This document shows positions 50,920 to 64,000 of a DNA stretch of 64,000 bases, one piece after another. Numbering within the stretch: the first letter of the stretch is position 1; every line of letters begins with the position of its first letter. Source of the stretch: Mobula hypostoma (lineage: Eukaryota). The stretch lies in contig NC_086108.1 in the NCBI RefSeq assembly GCF_963921235.1, positions 37,820,001-37,884,000 on the forward strand. Reading direction: 5' to 3'. The position numbers were made by a program, and so were the translations under genes. Under the pieces are notes generated by a model, which saw only the letters and a list, made by a program, of their open reading frames with translations, had not been told where the DNA came from and did no database searches.

Positions 50920-53900
50920 ATTTAAAGCTCAGAAAGAGGCTATTCAGTCAATTGCAGTCAAGCTAACAAAAAACAGTTTTCAGGGTAATCGCACTTCCCA
51001 TTTCCTGGGCCATAGATCTGCAGCTCACAGCTCTCCAACTATACACTTTAAGTGTGATGAAAGCTTCTGTCTCCACCACCTGTTCAGGCAGTGAGTTCCA
51101 GACCTAACCACTTATAAAGAATAGTGATTTTTCTTGCCCTCAACAGTCCTCTAACCTTTCTATTAATTAAATTAAATTTCTGGCCATTAACTCTGCTGGC
51201 TTAGCTAACAGAAATAGGTCTTTACTTTTCCCAGACCCCTCATAATTTAATAAAAAACAATTATGTCTCCCCTCAGTCGCCTTCATTCCAATGGACATTG
51301 CCCCAGCTTTGTCTCCTTATGAGTCCTTATGGGTGGAGCTGAGAAACAGGAAAGGTATGGCCACATTAGTGGGATTGTATTACAGACCACCCAATAGTCA
51401 ACAAGACTTGGAAGAGCAAATCTGCAGAGAGACAGCAGGCAACTGCAGGAAACATAAAGTTGTGGTGGTAGGGGATTTTAATTTTCCATACATTGATTGG
51501 GACTCCCATACTGTTAGGGGTCTAGATGGTTTAGAGTTTGTAAAATGTGTTCAGCAAAGTTTTCTAAATCAATATATAGAGGGACCAACTAGAGGGGATG
51601 CAATATTGGATCTCCTGTTAGGAAACGAGTTAGGGCAAGTGACGGAAGTCTGTGTAGGGGAGCACTTTGGTTCCAGTGATCATAACACCATTAGTTTCAA
51701 TTTGATCATGGACAAGGATAGATCTGGTCCTAGGGTTGAGGTTCTGAACTGGAAGAAGGCCAAATTTGAAGAAATGAGAAAGGATCTAAAAAGCGTGGAT
51801 TGGGACAGGTTGTTCTCTGGCAAAGATGTGATTGGTAGGTGGGAAGCCTTCAAAGGGGAAATTTTGAGAGTGCAGAGTTTGTATGTTCCTGTCGGGATTA
51901 AAGGCAAATTGAATAGGAATAAGGAACCTTGGTTCTCAAGGGATATTGCAACTCTGATAAAGAAGAAGAGGGAATTGTATGAAATGTATAGGAAACAGGG
52001 GGTAAATCAGGTGCTTGAGGAGTATAAGAAGTGCAAGAAAATACTTAAGAAAGAAATCAGGAGGGCTAACAGAAGACATGAGGTTGCCTTGGCAGTCAAA
52101 GTGAAGGAGAATCCAAAGAGCTTTTACAAGTATATTAAGAGCAAAAGGATTGTAAGGGATAAAATTGGTCCTCTTGAAGATCAGAGTGGTCGGCTTTGTG
52201 CGGAACCAAAGGAAATGGGGGAGATCTTAAATAGGTTTTTTGCGTCTGTATTTACTAAGGAAGCTGGCATGAAATCTATGGAATTGAGGGAATCAAGTAG
52301 TGAGACCATGGAAACTGTACAGATTGAAAAGGAGGAGGTGCTTGCTGTCTTGAGGAAAATTAAAGTGGATAAATCCCTGGGACCTGACAGAATGTTTCCT
52401 CGGACCTTGAAGGAGACTAGTGTTGAAATTGCGGGGACCCTGGCAGAAATATTTAAAATGTCGCTGTCTACGGGTGAAGTGCCGGAGGATTGGAGAGTGG
52501 CTCATGTTGTTCCGTTGTTTAAAAGAGGATCGAAAAGTAATCCGGGAAATTATAGGCCGGTGAGATTAACGTCACTAGTAGGTAAGTTATTGGAGGGAGT
52601 ACTAAGAGACAGAATCTACAGGCATTTGGATAGACAGGGGCTTATTAGGGAGAGTCAACATGGCTTTGTGCGTGGTAGGTCATGTTTGACCAATCTGTTG
52701 GAGTTTTTCGAGGAGGTTACCAGGAAAGTGGATGAAGGGAAGGCAGTGGATATTCTCTACATGGACTTCAGTAAAGCCTTTGACAAGGTCCCGCATGGGA
52801 GGTTAGTTAGGAAAATTCAGTCGCTAGGTATACATGGAGAGGTGGTAAATTGGATTAGATATTGGCTCAATGGAAGAAGCCAGAGAGTGGTGGTAGAGAA
52901 TTGCTTCTCTGAGTGGAGGCCTGTGACTAGTGGTGTGCCACAGGGATCAGTGCTGGGTCCATTGTTATTTGTCATCTATATCAATGATCTGGATGATAAT
53001 GTGGTAAATTGGATCAGCAAGTTTGCTGATGATACAAAGATTGGAGGTGTAGTAGACAGTGAGGAAGGTTTTCAGAGCCTGCAGAGGGACTTGGACCAGC
53101 TGGAAAAATGGGCTGAAAAATGGCAGATGGAGATTAATACTGACGTGTGAGGTATTGCACGTTGGAAGGACAAACCAATGTAGAACATACAGGGTTAATG
53201 GTAAGGCACTGAGGAGTGCAGTGGAACAGAGGGATCTGGGAATACAGATACAAAATTCCCTAAAAGTGTCATCACAGGTAGATAGGGTCGTAAAGAGAGC
53301 TTTTGGTACATTGGCCTTTATTAATCAAAGTATTGAGTATAAGAGCTGGAATGTTATGATGAGGTTCTATAAGGCATTGGTGAGGCCGAATCTGGAGTAT
53401 GGTGTTCAGTTTTGGTCACCAAATTACAGGAAGGATATAAGTAAGGTTGAAAGATTGCAGAGAAGGTTTACAAGGATGTTGCCGGGACTTGAGAAACTCA
53501 GTTATAGAGAAAGGTTGAATAGGTTAGGACTTTATTCCCTGGAGTGTAGAAGAATGAGGGGAGATTTGATAGAGGTATATAAAATTATGATGGGTATAGA
53601 TAGAGTGAATGCAAGCAGGCTTTTTCCACTGAGGCAAGGGGAGAAAAAAAAACAGAGGACATGGGTTAAGGGTGAGGGGGAAATGTTTAAAGGGAACATT
53701 AGGGGGGGCTTCTTCACACAGAGAGTGGTGGGAGTATGGAATGAGCTGCCAGACGAGGTGGTAAATGCAGGTTCTTTTTTAACATTTAAGAATAAATTGG
53801 ACAGATACATGGATGGGAGGTGTATGGAGGGATATGGTCCGTGTGCAGATCAGTGGGACTAGGCAGAAAATGGTTCGGCACAGCCAAGAAGGGCCAAAGG

Positions 53901-55500
53901 GCCTGTTTCTGTGCTGTAGTTTCTATGGTTTCTATGGTTTCCTTATCTTTTTATTCCCTAGCCCCACCAACAATCACAAAAATCTCCTTTGTACCCTCTG
54001 GGGCAATCACATTTTTCCTGTAGTGTGATGGCAGAAATATACACTGTCCAGGCGCTGCGGCCTAGTCAATGATTCCTACGGGTCTGGATGGCCTTCCTGC
54101 TCATGTATTTGACCCTTCAACTAAAAAAGGCCAGGTCTTAACTGCTTATCCTAATGACTTTAGGGACTTGTGAATATGCACAAGTATTTATGTATTGCAC
54201 TGTACTTCTGCTGCAAAACATCAATTTTTATGATATATGTAAGTGACAATAAATCTGATTCTGATTCTGATTCACTTCAAGGTCCTGTTTCCTCTACCCT
54301 TTGGAGTATTCTACAATACACTGTGTTTCTCTTTCATTCTACAATGCACTGTGTTTTCCCTTGCCATGTATTTACTCTCCAAGTGCTTTAACTTCTCCTC
54401 ACTGCATTCTAATTTTCACTCACAGGTCCAATGGTAACTTTCTGTATCCTAGAACTTTCTTCTGCGTTCCATCATCAATAAACACTTAAAGCATAGCTCC
54501 TCAAATTAAATCCTTAATATCTACAATGTAAGGATTTGCTGAGTTTATTGCACACAGGCCACTAGTCATTCCCATCAACCTTTTCGCTTACTGCTATGGG
54601 GCTTTAATCTTCAATCAAGTGACCACTTTCCATTGGATTCAATGTATTTTTACATTTTGGGTCACTCTGCCTGATATGACCTTATTAAGTAGCTTGCTAA
54701 AATCCATCTATTAAATTCTCTACTTTCATCAACACTCCTGTTACTCACTCAAAAAAATCAATTAAGCTAATTAATTCATGACTTTACCTTAATGAATAAA
54801 CACATAATCTGCTTGATTAGCATGCATGTCTCTAAAAGTTGATTTACATCTCCCTTTAGGACTTCTTCCAACAATTTCACTTCCAATCTCAGACAACTGG
54901 CTCACAATTACCCAGATGATCTGCTTCTCCCTTTTTAAACAATGGTACTTTATCTGCAATCTATGGGTCCTATGGAGTCATGTCTGCAGTGAAAGAAGCC
55001 TGGAAAATTGTAATTAGAGTGTCTGTAATCTCCTTCCTTGCATTTTTTACAGAGCCTGTAATTTAGCTACTTTAAGATGCTTAACCCTTTAACAAGCCCT
55101 GTTCCTTCAGGTCTATCCTTTCTAACACTGCAATTTCTTCCATCCTACATCATTCTATCTTTTTACACAGAAGGAAGTGATATATTAATACCGAATTTTC
55201 TAAGTGCCTTTTATGTCCATATTCATGCTGCAATTTTGTTCTCCATTGGAACTCATACTGTCCTTTCTCATCAGCTTTCTCTTCACATATTTATAGCGCA
55301 TCCAGAAGTCACCTTGCTGTTACCAGCAATAACCTTTGATGCACTTTCTTCATCTTCCCAATTCTCCGCTTTTAATTTTACCCTTGCCCTTTTATTCATC
55401 TCTGGGTGATTTTGTTGCATTGGGTTCTCGTTGTCTGTCATATGCTTCCTTTATTTGCTTTAACAGCCCTGTATGATTCTTGACTGTCATGGGGATCTGG
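50920..55500 (-). mobile_element. Very old CR1 (host of the young CR1 insertion)
   Basis: Degraded CR1 3' region at 50920-51310, continuing after 53946. Confidence 0.55.
51321..53940 (+). mobile_element. Very young 5'-truncated CR1; 619-aa open endonuclease-RT frame followed by a frameshift
   Basis: YYRPPN, VGDFN, SDH, NYRPV, PQGSVLGP and FADD motifs; frameshift ~53140; (TTCTATGG) tail; flanking TCCTTAT repeat. Confidence 0.96.
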
Positions 55501-56264
55501 GATCTGGAATTGGAACAGTTCGGTACCACTAATTTTTAAATCATGCTGCTCAACATCATAATCAATTTGGAACATACAGAATGTTGTGCTGAAGAATTTT
55601 ATGGCATCCAGACCCTCGTCTAACTCTTAAGAGATTCTTCTGATAACATAGTTGTTGATCTGAAAATGTCTGGACCACTTTCCAATAACAGATGAAATGA
55701 AAGGAACACATAACATTTAATATTTTAAACAACAATTATAATTCAGAATAGTTTAAGTTCCTCTAATTAATGTGTGGGATGTTGTTGGCTGATTTGCTAA
55801 GTGTTTGTTAAGTATCTACTGTGAGTGAGTAAATGGAACAACAGATTAGGGAAAATAAAGCCAAATCTGAGTATACAAGTAAAATGAAAGACTGAGTACA
55901 ATCTTCACAACTTTCATGCTCTATTTGATCTGAAGCAATTTGTTCTCTGTGACCAATAAAACTGAATGGAGAATAGAACGTGTAGGTAGTGTTCTCATAT
56001 CTGGCCAACAATAGTGCAGTTTACCAGCTCTACATTTATATTTTCACAATCAACAACATAAAAGGGAATTTGGCAGAAAGCATATCCATGATCAACGACT
56101 ATTTTACCAAAACCACTCAACATAAAATTGACACTTGGGCACTCCGCTTCCACAAAACTATCTGAATAATAATCATTGCAAGCAGAAAAGCATTTAATGT
56201 ACACAGCAGCTTTCCTGAAATCAACTAATTTTTTAAGTTAGCAAATAAAAAGATAAAAAAAAGT

Positions 56265-56778
56265 TCATCATGGGTAAAGCCCACCCCACCAGTGAGTATA
56301 TCTACATGAAGCACTGTTGCAGGAAAGTAGCATCAATTATCAGGATACCCACCACCCAGATCATGCTCCCTTCTTGCTGCCACTATCAGGAAGAAGGTAC
56401 AGGAGCCTCAAGACCCACACCACAAGGTTCAGGAACAGTTATCACCCCTCAATCATCAGGCTCCTGAACCAGAGGGATAATTTCACCCAACTTCATTTGC
56501 CCCGTCACTGAACTGGACTCACTGTCAAGGACTCTTTATCTCATGTTCTCAATATTTGTTGCTTATTTATTATTATTACTATTTCTTTCTTTGTTTTTGT
56601 ATTTGCACATTTTATTGTCTTTTGCACACTGGTTGCCCGCTCTGTTGGTGAAGATTTTCGCTGATTCTATTATGGTTATGGGATTTATTGAGTATGACTG
56701 CAAGAAAATGAATCTCAAGATTGTATATAGGGACATATATGTACTTTAATAACCAATTTACTTTGAACTTTTGAACTT
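56265..56778 (+). mobile_element. Rex1/Babar LINE 3' end
   Basis: LPLSGRRYRSLKTHTTRFRNSY plus a tttgaact tail. Confidence 0.88.
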
Positions 56779-56959
56779 CTAGTAATTATGTATGTTACAT
56801 TTTAACAAGATATGGAAAAATAGCCAAAGTGTGTGATATTTTCAAAATGGCACCAATATAAGTGATATCATTTAAGTGATAAATGGGAAAATGCTACATA
56901 CGGACAATTTCATGCTAAGGACAATATATCGTATATAATACAGCATATATGATTTATTA

Positions 56960-57275
56960 ACCATATAACCATATAACAATAACAGCAAGGCAACAGGCCA
57001 TCTTGGCCCTTCTAGTCCGTGCCGAACTCTTACTCTCACCTAGTCCCACCGTCCTGCACTCAGCCCATAACCCTCCATACCTTTCCTGTCCATATCGCTG
57101 TCCAATTTAACTTCAAATGACAACATCGAACCTGCCTCAACCACTTCTGTTGGAAGCTCATTCCACACAGCCACCACTCTCTGAGTAAAGAAGTTCCCCC
57201 TCATGTTACCCCTAAACTTTTGCCCTTTAACTCGCAACGCATGTCCTCTTGTTTGAATCTCCCCCACTCTCAATG
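56960..57275 (-). mobile_element. CR1 3' end
   Basis: TRGH..RGNFFTQRVVAVWNELP; aaccatat-repeat tail. Confidence 0.92.
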
Positions 57276-57279
57276 GAAA

Positions 57280-58388
57280 CTCTGTCCCTTCCCTACAACC
57301 CCTCCACACCCCGTCCCCTTCTGTACAACTCCTCCACACACTGTCCCCTTCTGTACAACTCCTCCACACACTGTACCCTTCTATACAACCCCGCCACACT
57401 CCGTCCCCTTCCCTATAACCCTTCCACTCCCTGTCCCCTTCCTTACAACCCCTCCACACCCCGTCCCCTTCTCTACAACTCCTCCACACTCGGTCCCCTT
57501 CCCTACAACCCCTCCACACACTGTCCCCTTCTGTACAACTCCTCCACACCCCGTCCCCTTCCCTACAACCCCTCCACACACCGTCCCCTTCTGTACAACT
57601 CCTCCACACTCGGTCCCCTTCCCTACAACCCCTCCACACACTGTCCCCTTCTGTACAACTCCTCCACACCCCGTCCCCTTCCCTACAACCCCTCCACACA
57701 CCGTCCCCTTCTGTACAACTCCTCCACACTCGGTCCCCTTCCCTACAACCCCTCCACACACTGTCCCCTTCTGTACAACTCCTCCACACCCCGTCCCCTT
57801 CTCTACAACCCCTCCACACACCGTCCCCTTCTGTACAACCCCTCCACACACTGTCCCTTTTCTACAACCCCCCCACACCCTCCCCCCTCTCTACAACCCC
57901 TCCACACTCCGTCCCCTTCTGTACAACTCCTCCACAAACACTGTCCCTTTTCTACAACCCCCCCACACCCTCCCCCCTCTCTACAACCCCTCCACATTCC
58001 GTCCCCTTCCCTACAACCCCTCCACACTCCGTTCCCTTCTGTACAACTCCTCCACACACTGTCCCTTTTCTACAACCCCCCCACACCCTCCCCCCCTCTA
58101 CCACTCCGTCCCCTTCTGTACAACTCCTCCACACACTGTCCCTTTTCTACAACCCCCCCACACCCTCCCCCCTCTCTACAACCCCTCCACATTCCGTCCC
58201 CTTCCCTACAACCCCTCCACACTCCGTCCCCTTCTGTACAACTCCTCCACACACTGTCCCTTTTCTACAACCCCCCCACACCCTCCCCCCTCTCTACAAC
58301 CCCTCCACATTCCGTCCCCTTCCCTACAACCCCTCCACACTCCGTCCCCTTCCTTACAACCCCTCCACACACCGTCCCCTTCTGTATA
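57280..58388. repeat. 30-bp C-rich minisatellite (~37 units) with higher-order structure
   Basis: Unit ~ctgtccccttctgtacaactcctccacaca; exact 120-bp periodicity at 57481-57780. Confidence 0.97.
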
Positions 58389-58829
58389 ACTCATTCACAA
58401 GATGTAGCCTGTTGGCAAGGCGATCATTTACTGTCCGCTGCTGACTGCCTTTGAATTTCCATCATAGCCATTTCAGAATTCAAAAGAAATCCATCTTGAG
58501 CTGGGTCAGAAATCACATGTTAGCCAAATATAATGAATAAGCCTGGCCATTTAGTTCCTTGAAGATCTTAATTAAATCCAAGGTGGTGTTGGTGAATCAT
58601 GGTTTTGTTGCGGGCTGCTTACAAAACTTCTAAATATACTTCTGAAATAGTTTCCTGCAATCAGTAGCCTCTAATTTCTCTTTAAGCAGCATACAGTATT
58701 TTTAAAACATCTTAATGAACTAGTGATTTCACGATCTTCTGAAGGACTTGGAAGATTTAACTCTCAAGGATGCAGGTACGGCACCTTTAAGGCCGATGAA
58801 AGTATATAGCTACGGCTGAAAAGGAGGGA

Positions 58830-60241
58830 GGAGAGAAGGACACAAAGCCAGGCTGAAAGGCCAAGGAATGAAACTCCCTCTACCCAGCATCTTGTTATAA
58901 AATATACAGTTGCTAGAGAACAAGACTGAGGTCCCAAGGGCAAGATTGTTGTACTGGCGAGAAATGAGGAATTGCTGTGTTCTATGTTTCACAGAGACAT
59001 GGCTCATTCCAGACACACCAGATAGATTAGTAAGACCCTAGAGCTTCTCTATACAGAGGAGATACTGGACTGCTGATTCAGAGAAGGCAAAAGGTGAGGG
59101 TCTGGGTTTCATGATAAACTCTTTGTGGTGCTTGGAGGCAGTGGTCTGTTGTTTCCCCAACCTGGAACATCCAGTGATTGAATGTCAACCATTCTACTTA
59201 ACAAGAAAGTACTCCTCCGTGACTCTGACTGCAGTTTACATACTGCCAAATGCAGATGTTAAATAAGCTATCGATGCATTGAATGCCATGATCAGCAACC
59301 AAGAATGAGCCCACCCTGATGACTTTCAAATTATTGTCGAGGACTTCAGTCAGGCTTGTTTACAGAAAACTCTGCCTAATTATCATCAGCATATCACCTG
59401 GGGTGTCAACACACTAGACCACTATTACACCATGATTAGAACACTTTTTGGGAAACCTGGTCACTTGGATGTCCTCTTTCTATCTGCAGAGGCAGAACAG
59501 CCTGGCTTCTGAGATATGGACAGCAAAGAGGCAGCCGCGGGAGGCTGGGGTGAGGCTATAGGATTGCATCGAGTTGGTAGACTGGGCCGTGTTCAAGGAC
59601 TCATCAGAGGATCTGAATAAATATACCTCAGTTGTCATGGATTTTATAAAAATAATCATAGATGAGTGTGCTCCCACAAAATCCTAACCAGAAGCCCTGG
59701 ATGAACTATGTATCTTCAATCTGCTGAGGGCCAGATCAGGTGACCAAGTTAAACACAAAAAGCCCAGGTACGATCTCTGAAAAGCCATCTCACATGTGAA
59801 GTGGCAGGTACAGACCTAACCTGAATCTCTGATGGATGTTTGACAGCTGGGGCAGGGCTTGAATGCTATCACCACCTACAAAGTGAAACAAAGTAACATA
59901 GATGACAGCAAGGCTTCGCTCCCAGATGAGATCAAAGCCTTTTATGTTCACTTTGACCATCAAAATTTGGAGACACCTTCACAAACCTCCACAGTCCTTG
60001 AAAACCTTGTGATTTCAGTCTCTGAGGCCAATGTGAGACCATCCTTCAGGGGGTGAACCAGGTCATTCACCGATATTGGTAAATTCTCGTTTCGGCAGTC
60101 TGAGGTAACAGTTATTACCCCTCAAACCATCAGACTCTTGAAACAGAGGGGATAATTTCACTCACCCCGTCACTGAACTCTTCCCACTGAACTGGACTCA
60201 CTTTCAATGACACTTCATCTCATGTTCTCAATATTTATTAC

Positions 60242-60273
<32 letters not shown>

Positions 60274-60453
60274 CGTTGCTATTATTTATTTTATTCTCTT
60301 TCTTTTTCTATTTGCACAGTTTGTTTTTTTTTGTACATTGCTTGTTGTCCAATCTATTGTGTGTGGTCTTTCATTTATTCTATTGTGTTTCTTGTACTGT
60401 ATTTACTGTGATTGCCTGCAAGAAAATGAATGTCAGGTTTATATATGGTCACA

Positions 60454-60494
<41 letters not shown>

Positions 60495-60510
60495 TTGATA
60501 ATAAATTGTC
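58830..60510 (+). mobile_element. Decayed Rex1/Babar LINE (endonuclease region and 3' tail) containing (TTA)n and (CA)n
   Basis: CFTETWL, VEDF, TLDH, NQKPWM and ITTYK motifs; 3' tail. Confidence 0.82.
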
Positions 60511-60614
60511 TTAATTATTAATTACCGATTAATAATTATTGATGTTAGTTTTGATTTTTAATTCCAGATTTAAGTGAATTGAATTTAATTCCCCAGCAGC
60601 AGTTTTGAATTGAA

Positions 60615-61162
60615 CACAAGAAAATAGGAACAAAGTAGGCCATCTAGTCTTCAAGACAAATTCACCATTCAATATAATCATGGTTGACCTATCCCAGGCC
60701 TCTTCTATGCAGATCCCCACGTCTTTCAAAAAAAATTTCTATCTACATCTAAACACGTCTAATAAACTAGCTTCTACAATTCTGTGGGTAGGAAAATTCA
60801 GAATCTTCTATTTTAAATTATGGCCTGTACCTTGAAATTACATCTCTTCAGTTAAGACTCTGCCTGTAGTGAAAATGCCTCAACATCTAATCTGTCATGA
60901 CCCCTTATGATCTTTTCAAAAAGATCACTTGCCATTCTTCTACAATGTCAAAAAATGTGGACACAACTTGTTTGGCTTCTCTTGCTAGGACAATATTCTC
61001 TCCCCAGGAATTAGCCTAGTGACCATCCTTTGGATGATCTTGAACTCTATTATACTCTTTCACAAGTCAGGTGAGAAAAAGTGCATTTTATACTCCAAAC
61101 TCTTTGTAACAAACATTTTCCCTTCATAACTACCCACTGCACTAGTCTGCTAACTTTATGTG

Positions 61163-61197
<35 letters not shown>

Positions 61198-61535
61198 CCT
61201 CTGAATTGTCACTTCTGAGTCATTAATACAAAATATTGCATTATTAATCCAGTAATGTTACCATAATGCCACCAAAGACAGCTGTGGAATTCTCGTCATT
61301 TGGTATATTTAATAGGTTCTTGTCAGATCATCAAAACTTATGGGGGGAAGTTAGATAAATGGGGTTGAATCAGCCATGATAGAATGGCAAAGAGGACTCA
61401 ATGTGCTGAATGGCCTAATTCTGTTCCTATGTCTTACGGTGTTATGGAGATAAATGATAAAGCAACCGTGACAGAATTATGGAGCAGACTCAATGGGCCG
61501 AATGGCCAATTCTGCCCTTGCTTCTTATGGTCTCA
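60615..61535. mobile_element. Old CR1 3' fragments (minus ~60615-61200; plus ~61270-61535) with (CA)n at 61166-61192
   Basis: CR1 3' tail motifs (cagccatgatagaatggc...tggcctaattctg). Confidence 0.6.
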
Positions 61536-62710
61536 AGTATTCAAAGACATCTTTTACCTTTCAAGGCTTTTGCATTCTTAAGCAATCCACAAACATAAGT
61601 TTGAAACCATAATCACTGAATCTGCATTTTTTGTTTCACATATTCCCAAAAGCAAATGGTGTTGCCCTTTAGAGAGAAAAAAAATAATTGGCCCTTCCCT
61701 GGGGCCTTGAAACCACTAATAATAAAAGATCATCTCTAGACTTTCTTAAACAAGGCGAGTAATTAACAGGGCGAGCTTCAGAAGGAGATAAAAAGTCAAT
61801 CTGTAAAATAATTTCCTTTTTATAAAAAAGATCTAAAGCTACACTTCTTACATGAAAATAATTTTCATTACTATTCAAGGGCAAGCTCATCAGTATTCAA
61901 AATACCAAAAAGAGCTCATGGGTACAATGTGGTCGTCAACATCAGCAGGAATTCAACATTTGTACATTGCATGAACATTTACTTTGGATTTAAAGTCATT
62001 GACTGTATAAACAGTGCTTTGATAAAAACTGTACATCTGTACTGACAGACAACAAAGTTACAACAATCAAATTTGAGTATGTACAATCACTAAGTGGATT
62101 TGCAGAGGATGATACGTCCTTTTCAGCACTTTGTTTAAATACTTGCTTCTTTTTTCTACAAATAGAGTGGGAAGGGGCAATCTCTAATCCTGCTCTAATG
62201 ATGCACATTGCTATCAACACCACCAGTGCCTTCATAAAGGTTTAAGGTGGCTGTAAAATGAACCTCAATCGGATGTGAAGCCGATCAAATTAAAACTCCA
62301 TTAGCACTCATAGGACCCTCACTTCAGTTTTGAGATAGAACAATGGCCTGGCAAGAGTGGTTCATTTAAAAATACATGTTATTTTTTTAACTGGGCTGTA
62401 AGCAAGCATGCTTCCCTGACCCCATAAAATAATTTAAACCTACACTAACACTTGCAATTTTTAATCTTTATCCTTATTTTCAGATCATTTTATTTCAACT
62501 CCACTCATGTAATCTCCACCTGCAAATATGGAAGCATCTGTGCCCCTCCACTTCTGGCCTCTTGCAGATTCCCAATGTCGTATCACCCTAACACTGAAGC
62601 CAAATTTATATCCAATTAACTTTCAAGGTCAAAGTCTTTCTGCCACTTCACATTCCCCCCCCACTTTTTTTAACATGTTTCTTAAATATTAAACAACATG
62701 CTCTTAAAGA

Positions 62711-62950
62711 GCAGCACGGTATTACACTGCTTGCGACCATCGATCAGGGTTCGATCCACATCACTGTCTGTAATGAGTGTATACGTTCTCTCTGTGACCA
62801 TGCAGATTTCCTCTGGGTGCTCCGGTTTCCTCCACATTCCAAAAGTGTACAATTAAGGTGAAGGTTATTAAGTTGTGGGCATGCTATGCTGCTGGCGGAA
62901 AATCATGGGCTGCCCCAGCACAACCCTCTCTAATTTGATTGACAAAATGA
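62711..62950 (+). mobile_element. tRNA-derived V-SINE (HE1-like)
   Basis: B-box ggttcgatcc and V-domain gttctc...tttcctctgggtgctccggtttcctcc. Confidence 0.8.
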
Positions 62951-62954
62951 TGCA

Positions 62955-64000
62955 TTTATACTTTATACTTTATTGTTGCCAAACAATTGATACTAGAACG
63001 TACAATCATCACAGTGATATTTGATTCTGCACTTCCCACTCCCTGGATTACAAATATTAAATATTAAAAATAGTTAAAATTAGTAAATATTAGAAATTTA
63101 AATCATAAATCATAATTAGAAAATAGAAAAATGGGAAGTAAGGTAGTGCAAAAAAAACTGAGAGGCAGGTCCGGATATTTGGAGGGTACGGCCCAGATCC
63201 AGGTCAGGATCCGTTCAGCAGTCTTATCACAATTGGAAAGAAGCTGTTCCCAAATCTGGCCGTATGAGTCTTCAAGCTCCTGAACCTTCTCCCGGAGGGA
63301 AGAGAGATGAAAAGTCTGTTGGCTGGGTGGGTCGTGTCCTTGATTATCCGGGGCAGCACTGCTCCAACAGCATGCGGTGTAAAGTGAGTCCAAGGACGGA
63401 AGATTGGTTTGTGTGATGTGCTGCGCTGTGTTCACGATCTTCTGCAGCTTCTTTCGGTCTTGGACAGGACAACATCCATACCAGGTTGTGATGCACCCTA
63501 GAAGAAAGCTTTCTATGGTGCATCTATAAAAATTAGTGAGAGTTTTAGGGGACAGGCCAAATTTCTTTAGCTTTCTCAGGAAGTAAAGGCACTGGTGGGC
63601 CTTCCTGGCAGTGAGCTCTGCTTGGTTGGATCAAGTCAGGTCATTTGTGATACTGACCCCGAGGAACTTAAAGCTTTTGACCGGTTCCACTTGCGCACCA
63701 CCGATGTAAATTGGGTTGTGCGGTCAGCTACTCCTTCTGAAGTCAACAACCAATTCCTTCGTCTTGATGACGTTGAGGGATAGGTTATTGTCTTCGCACC
63801 ATGCCACCAGGTTCTTAATTTCCTCTCCGTACTCAAACTCATCATTACCTGAGATACGGCCTACAATTGTTGCAAACTTATATATTGAGTTTGATGGAAA
63901 CTTGGCTACACAATCATGGGTGTACAGTGAGTACAGCAGGGGGCTGAGTACACAGCCTTGTGGGGCACTGGTGCTCAGAGTGATTGTAGAGGAGAGCTTG
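62955..64000 (-). mobile_element. Rex1/Babar LINE 3' half (runs off the window)
   Basis: PQGCVLSPLLYSLYTHD..WCEDNNLSLNV..KELVVDFR on the minus strand. Confidence 0.93.

Larger units (their letters stand above)
16636..64000 (-). other. KCNT2: KCNT2 intron (>47 kb, phase 2); the upstream exon ending ...LLLDNP was not found in the window
   Basis: Acceptor at 16636-16637. A visual scan found no match to the preceding KCNT2 exon. Confidence 0.8.

Noticed and set aside
51291-53862. Long RT ORFs as a host gene
   Set aside because: Typical 5'-truncated CR1 ORF2 with a tail and frameshift.
55995-56213. Minus-strand 69-aa ORF after a ttgatttcag acceptor in phase 2
   Set aside because: The only plausible donor (CTG|gtaaac) is phase 0, the acceptor is weak, and there is no similarity to KCNT2.
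57220-58454. 389-401 aa Pro/Thr-rich ORFs resembling mucin or extensin
   Set aside because: Open in several frames on both strands because the 30-bp repeat lacks stops; intronic.
61669-62235. Two minus-strand ORFs in unique sequence as the missing upstream KCNT2 exon
   Set aside because: No match to the expected ...[25 protein letters not shown]; nearby acceptors give stops in phase 2.

Overview
Vertebrate nuclear DNA, almost certainly a cartilaginous fish. The repeat set (HE1/V-SINE, DeuSINE/SacSINE1-like SINE, dense CR1, Rex1/Babar and Penelope copies) fits a shark or ray; this is inference. The whole window lies inside one minus-strand gene, KCNT2 (Slick/Slo2.1 Na+-activated K+ channel). 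Only two of its known coding exons are here, both missed by the ORF track: 16564-16635 (72 nt, [24 protein letters not shown]) and 3112-3246 (135 nt, [45 protein letters not shown]). They are separated by a 13.3 kb intron, with a >47 kb intron upstream. Most of the remainder is transposon-derived: CR1, Rex1/Babar, Penelope, hAT (Charlie/Buster/Tip100), Tigger, mariner, a Harbinger relic, SINEs and two minisatellites. Nearly all listed ORFs are TE fragments or chance. The most interesting non-TE signal is a possible alternative-splicing module around the RCK2 Na+-sensing loop: an RBFOX motif cluster behind the symmetric 72-nt exon, a frame-preserving 30-nt microexon candidate, a frame-preserving Cys-rich 216-nt cassette candidate and a poison microexon candidate. 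There is also a multi-level nested transposon stack and a recurrent ~48-nt GT..AG unit before ORF1 in three CR1 copies. None of the candidate exons is confirmed without RNA data. All family assignments come from recalled motifs, not database searches, and TE boundaries without stated TIR/TSD evidence are approximate.
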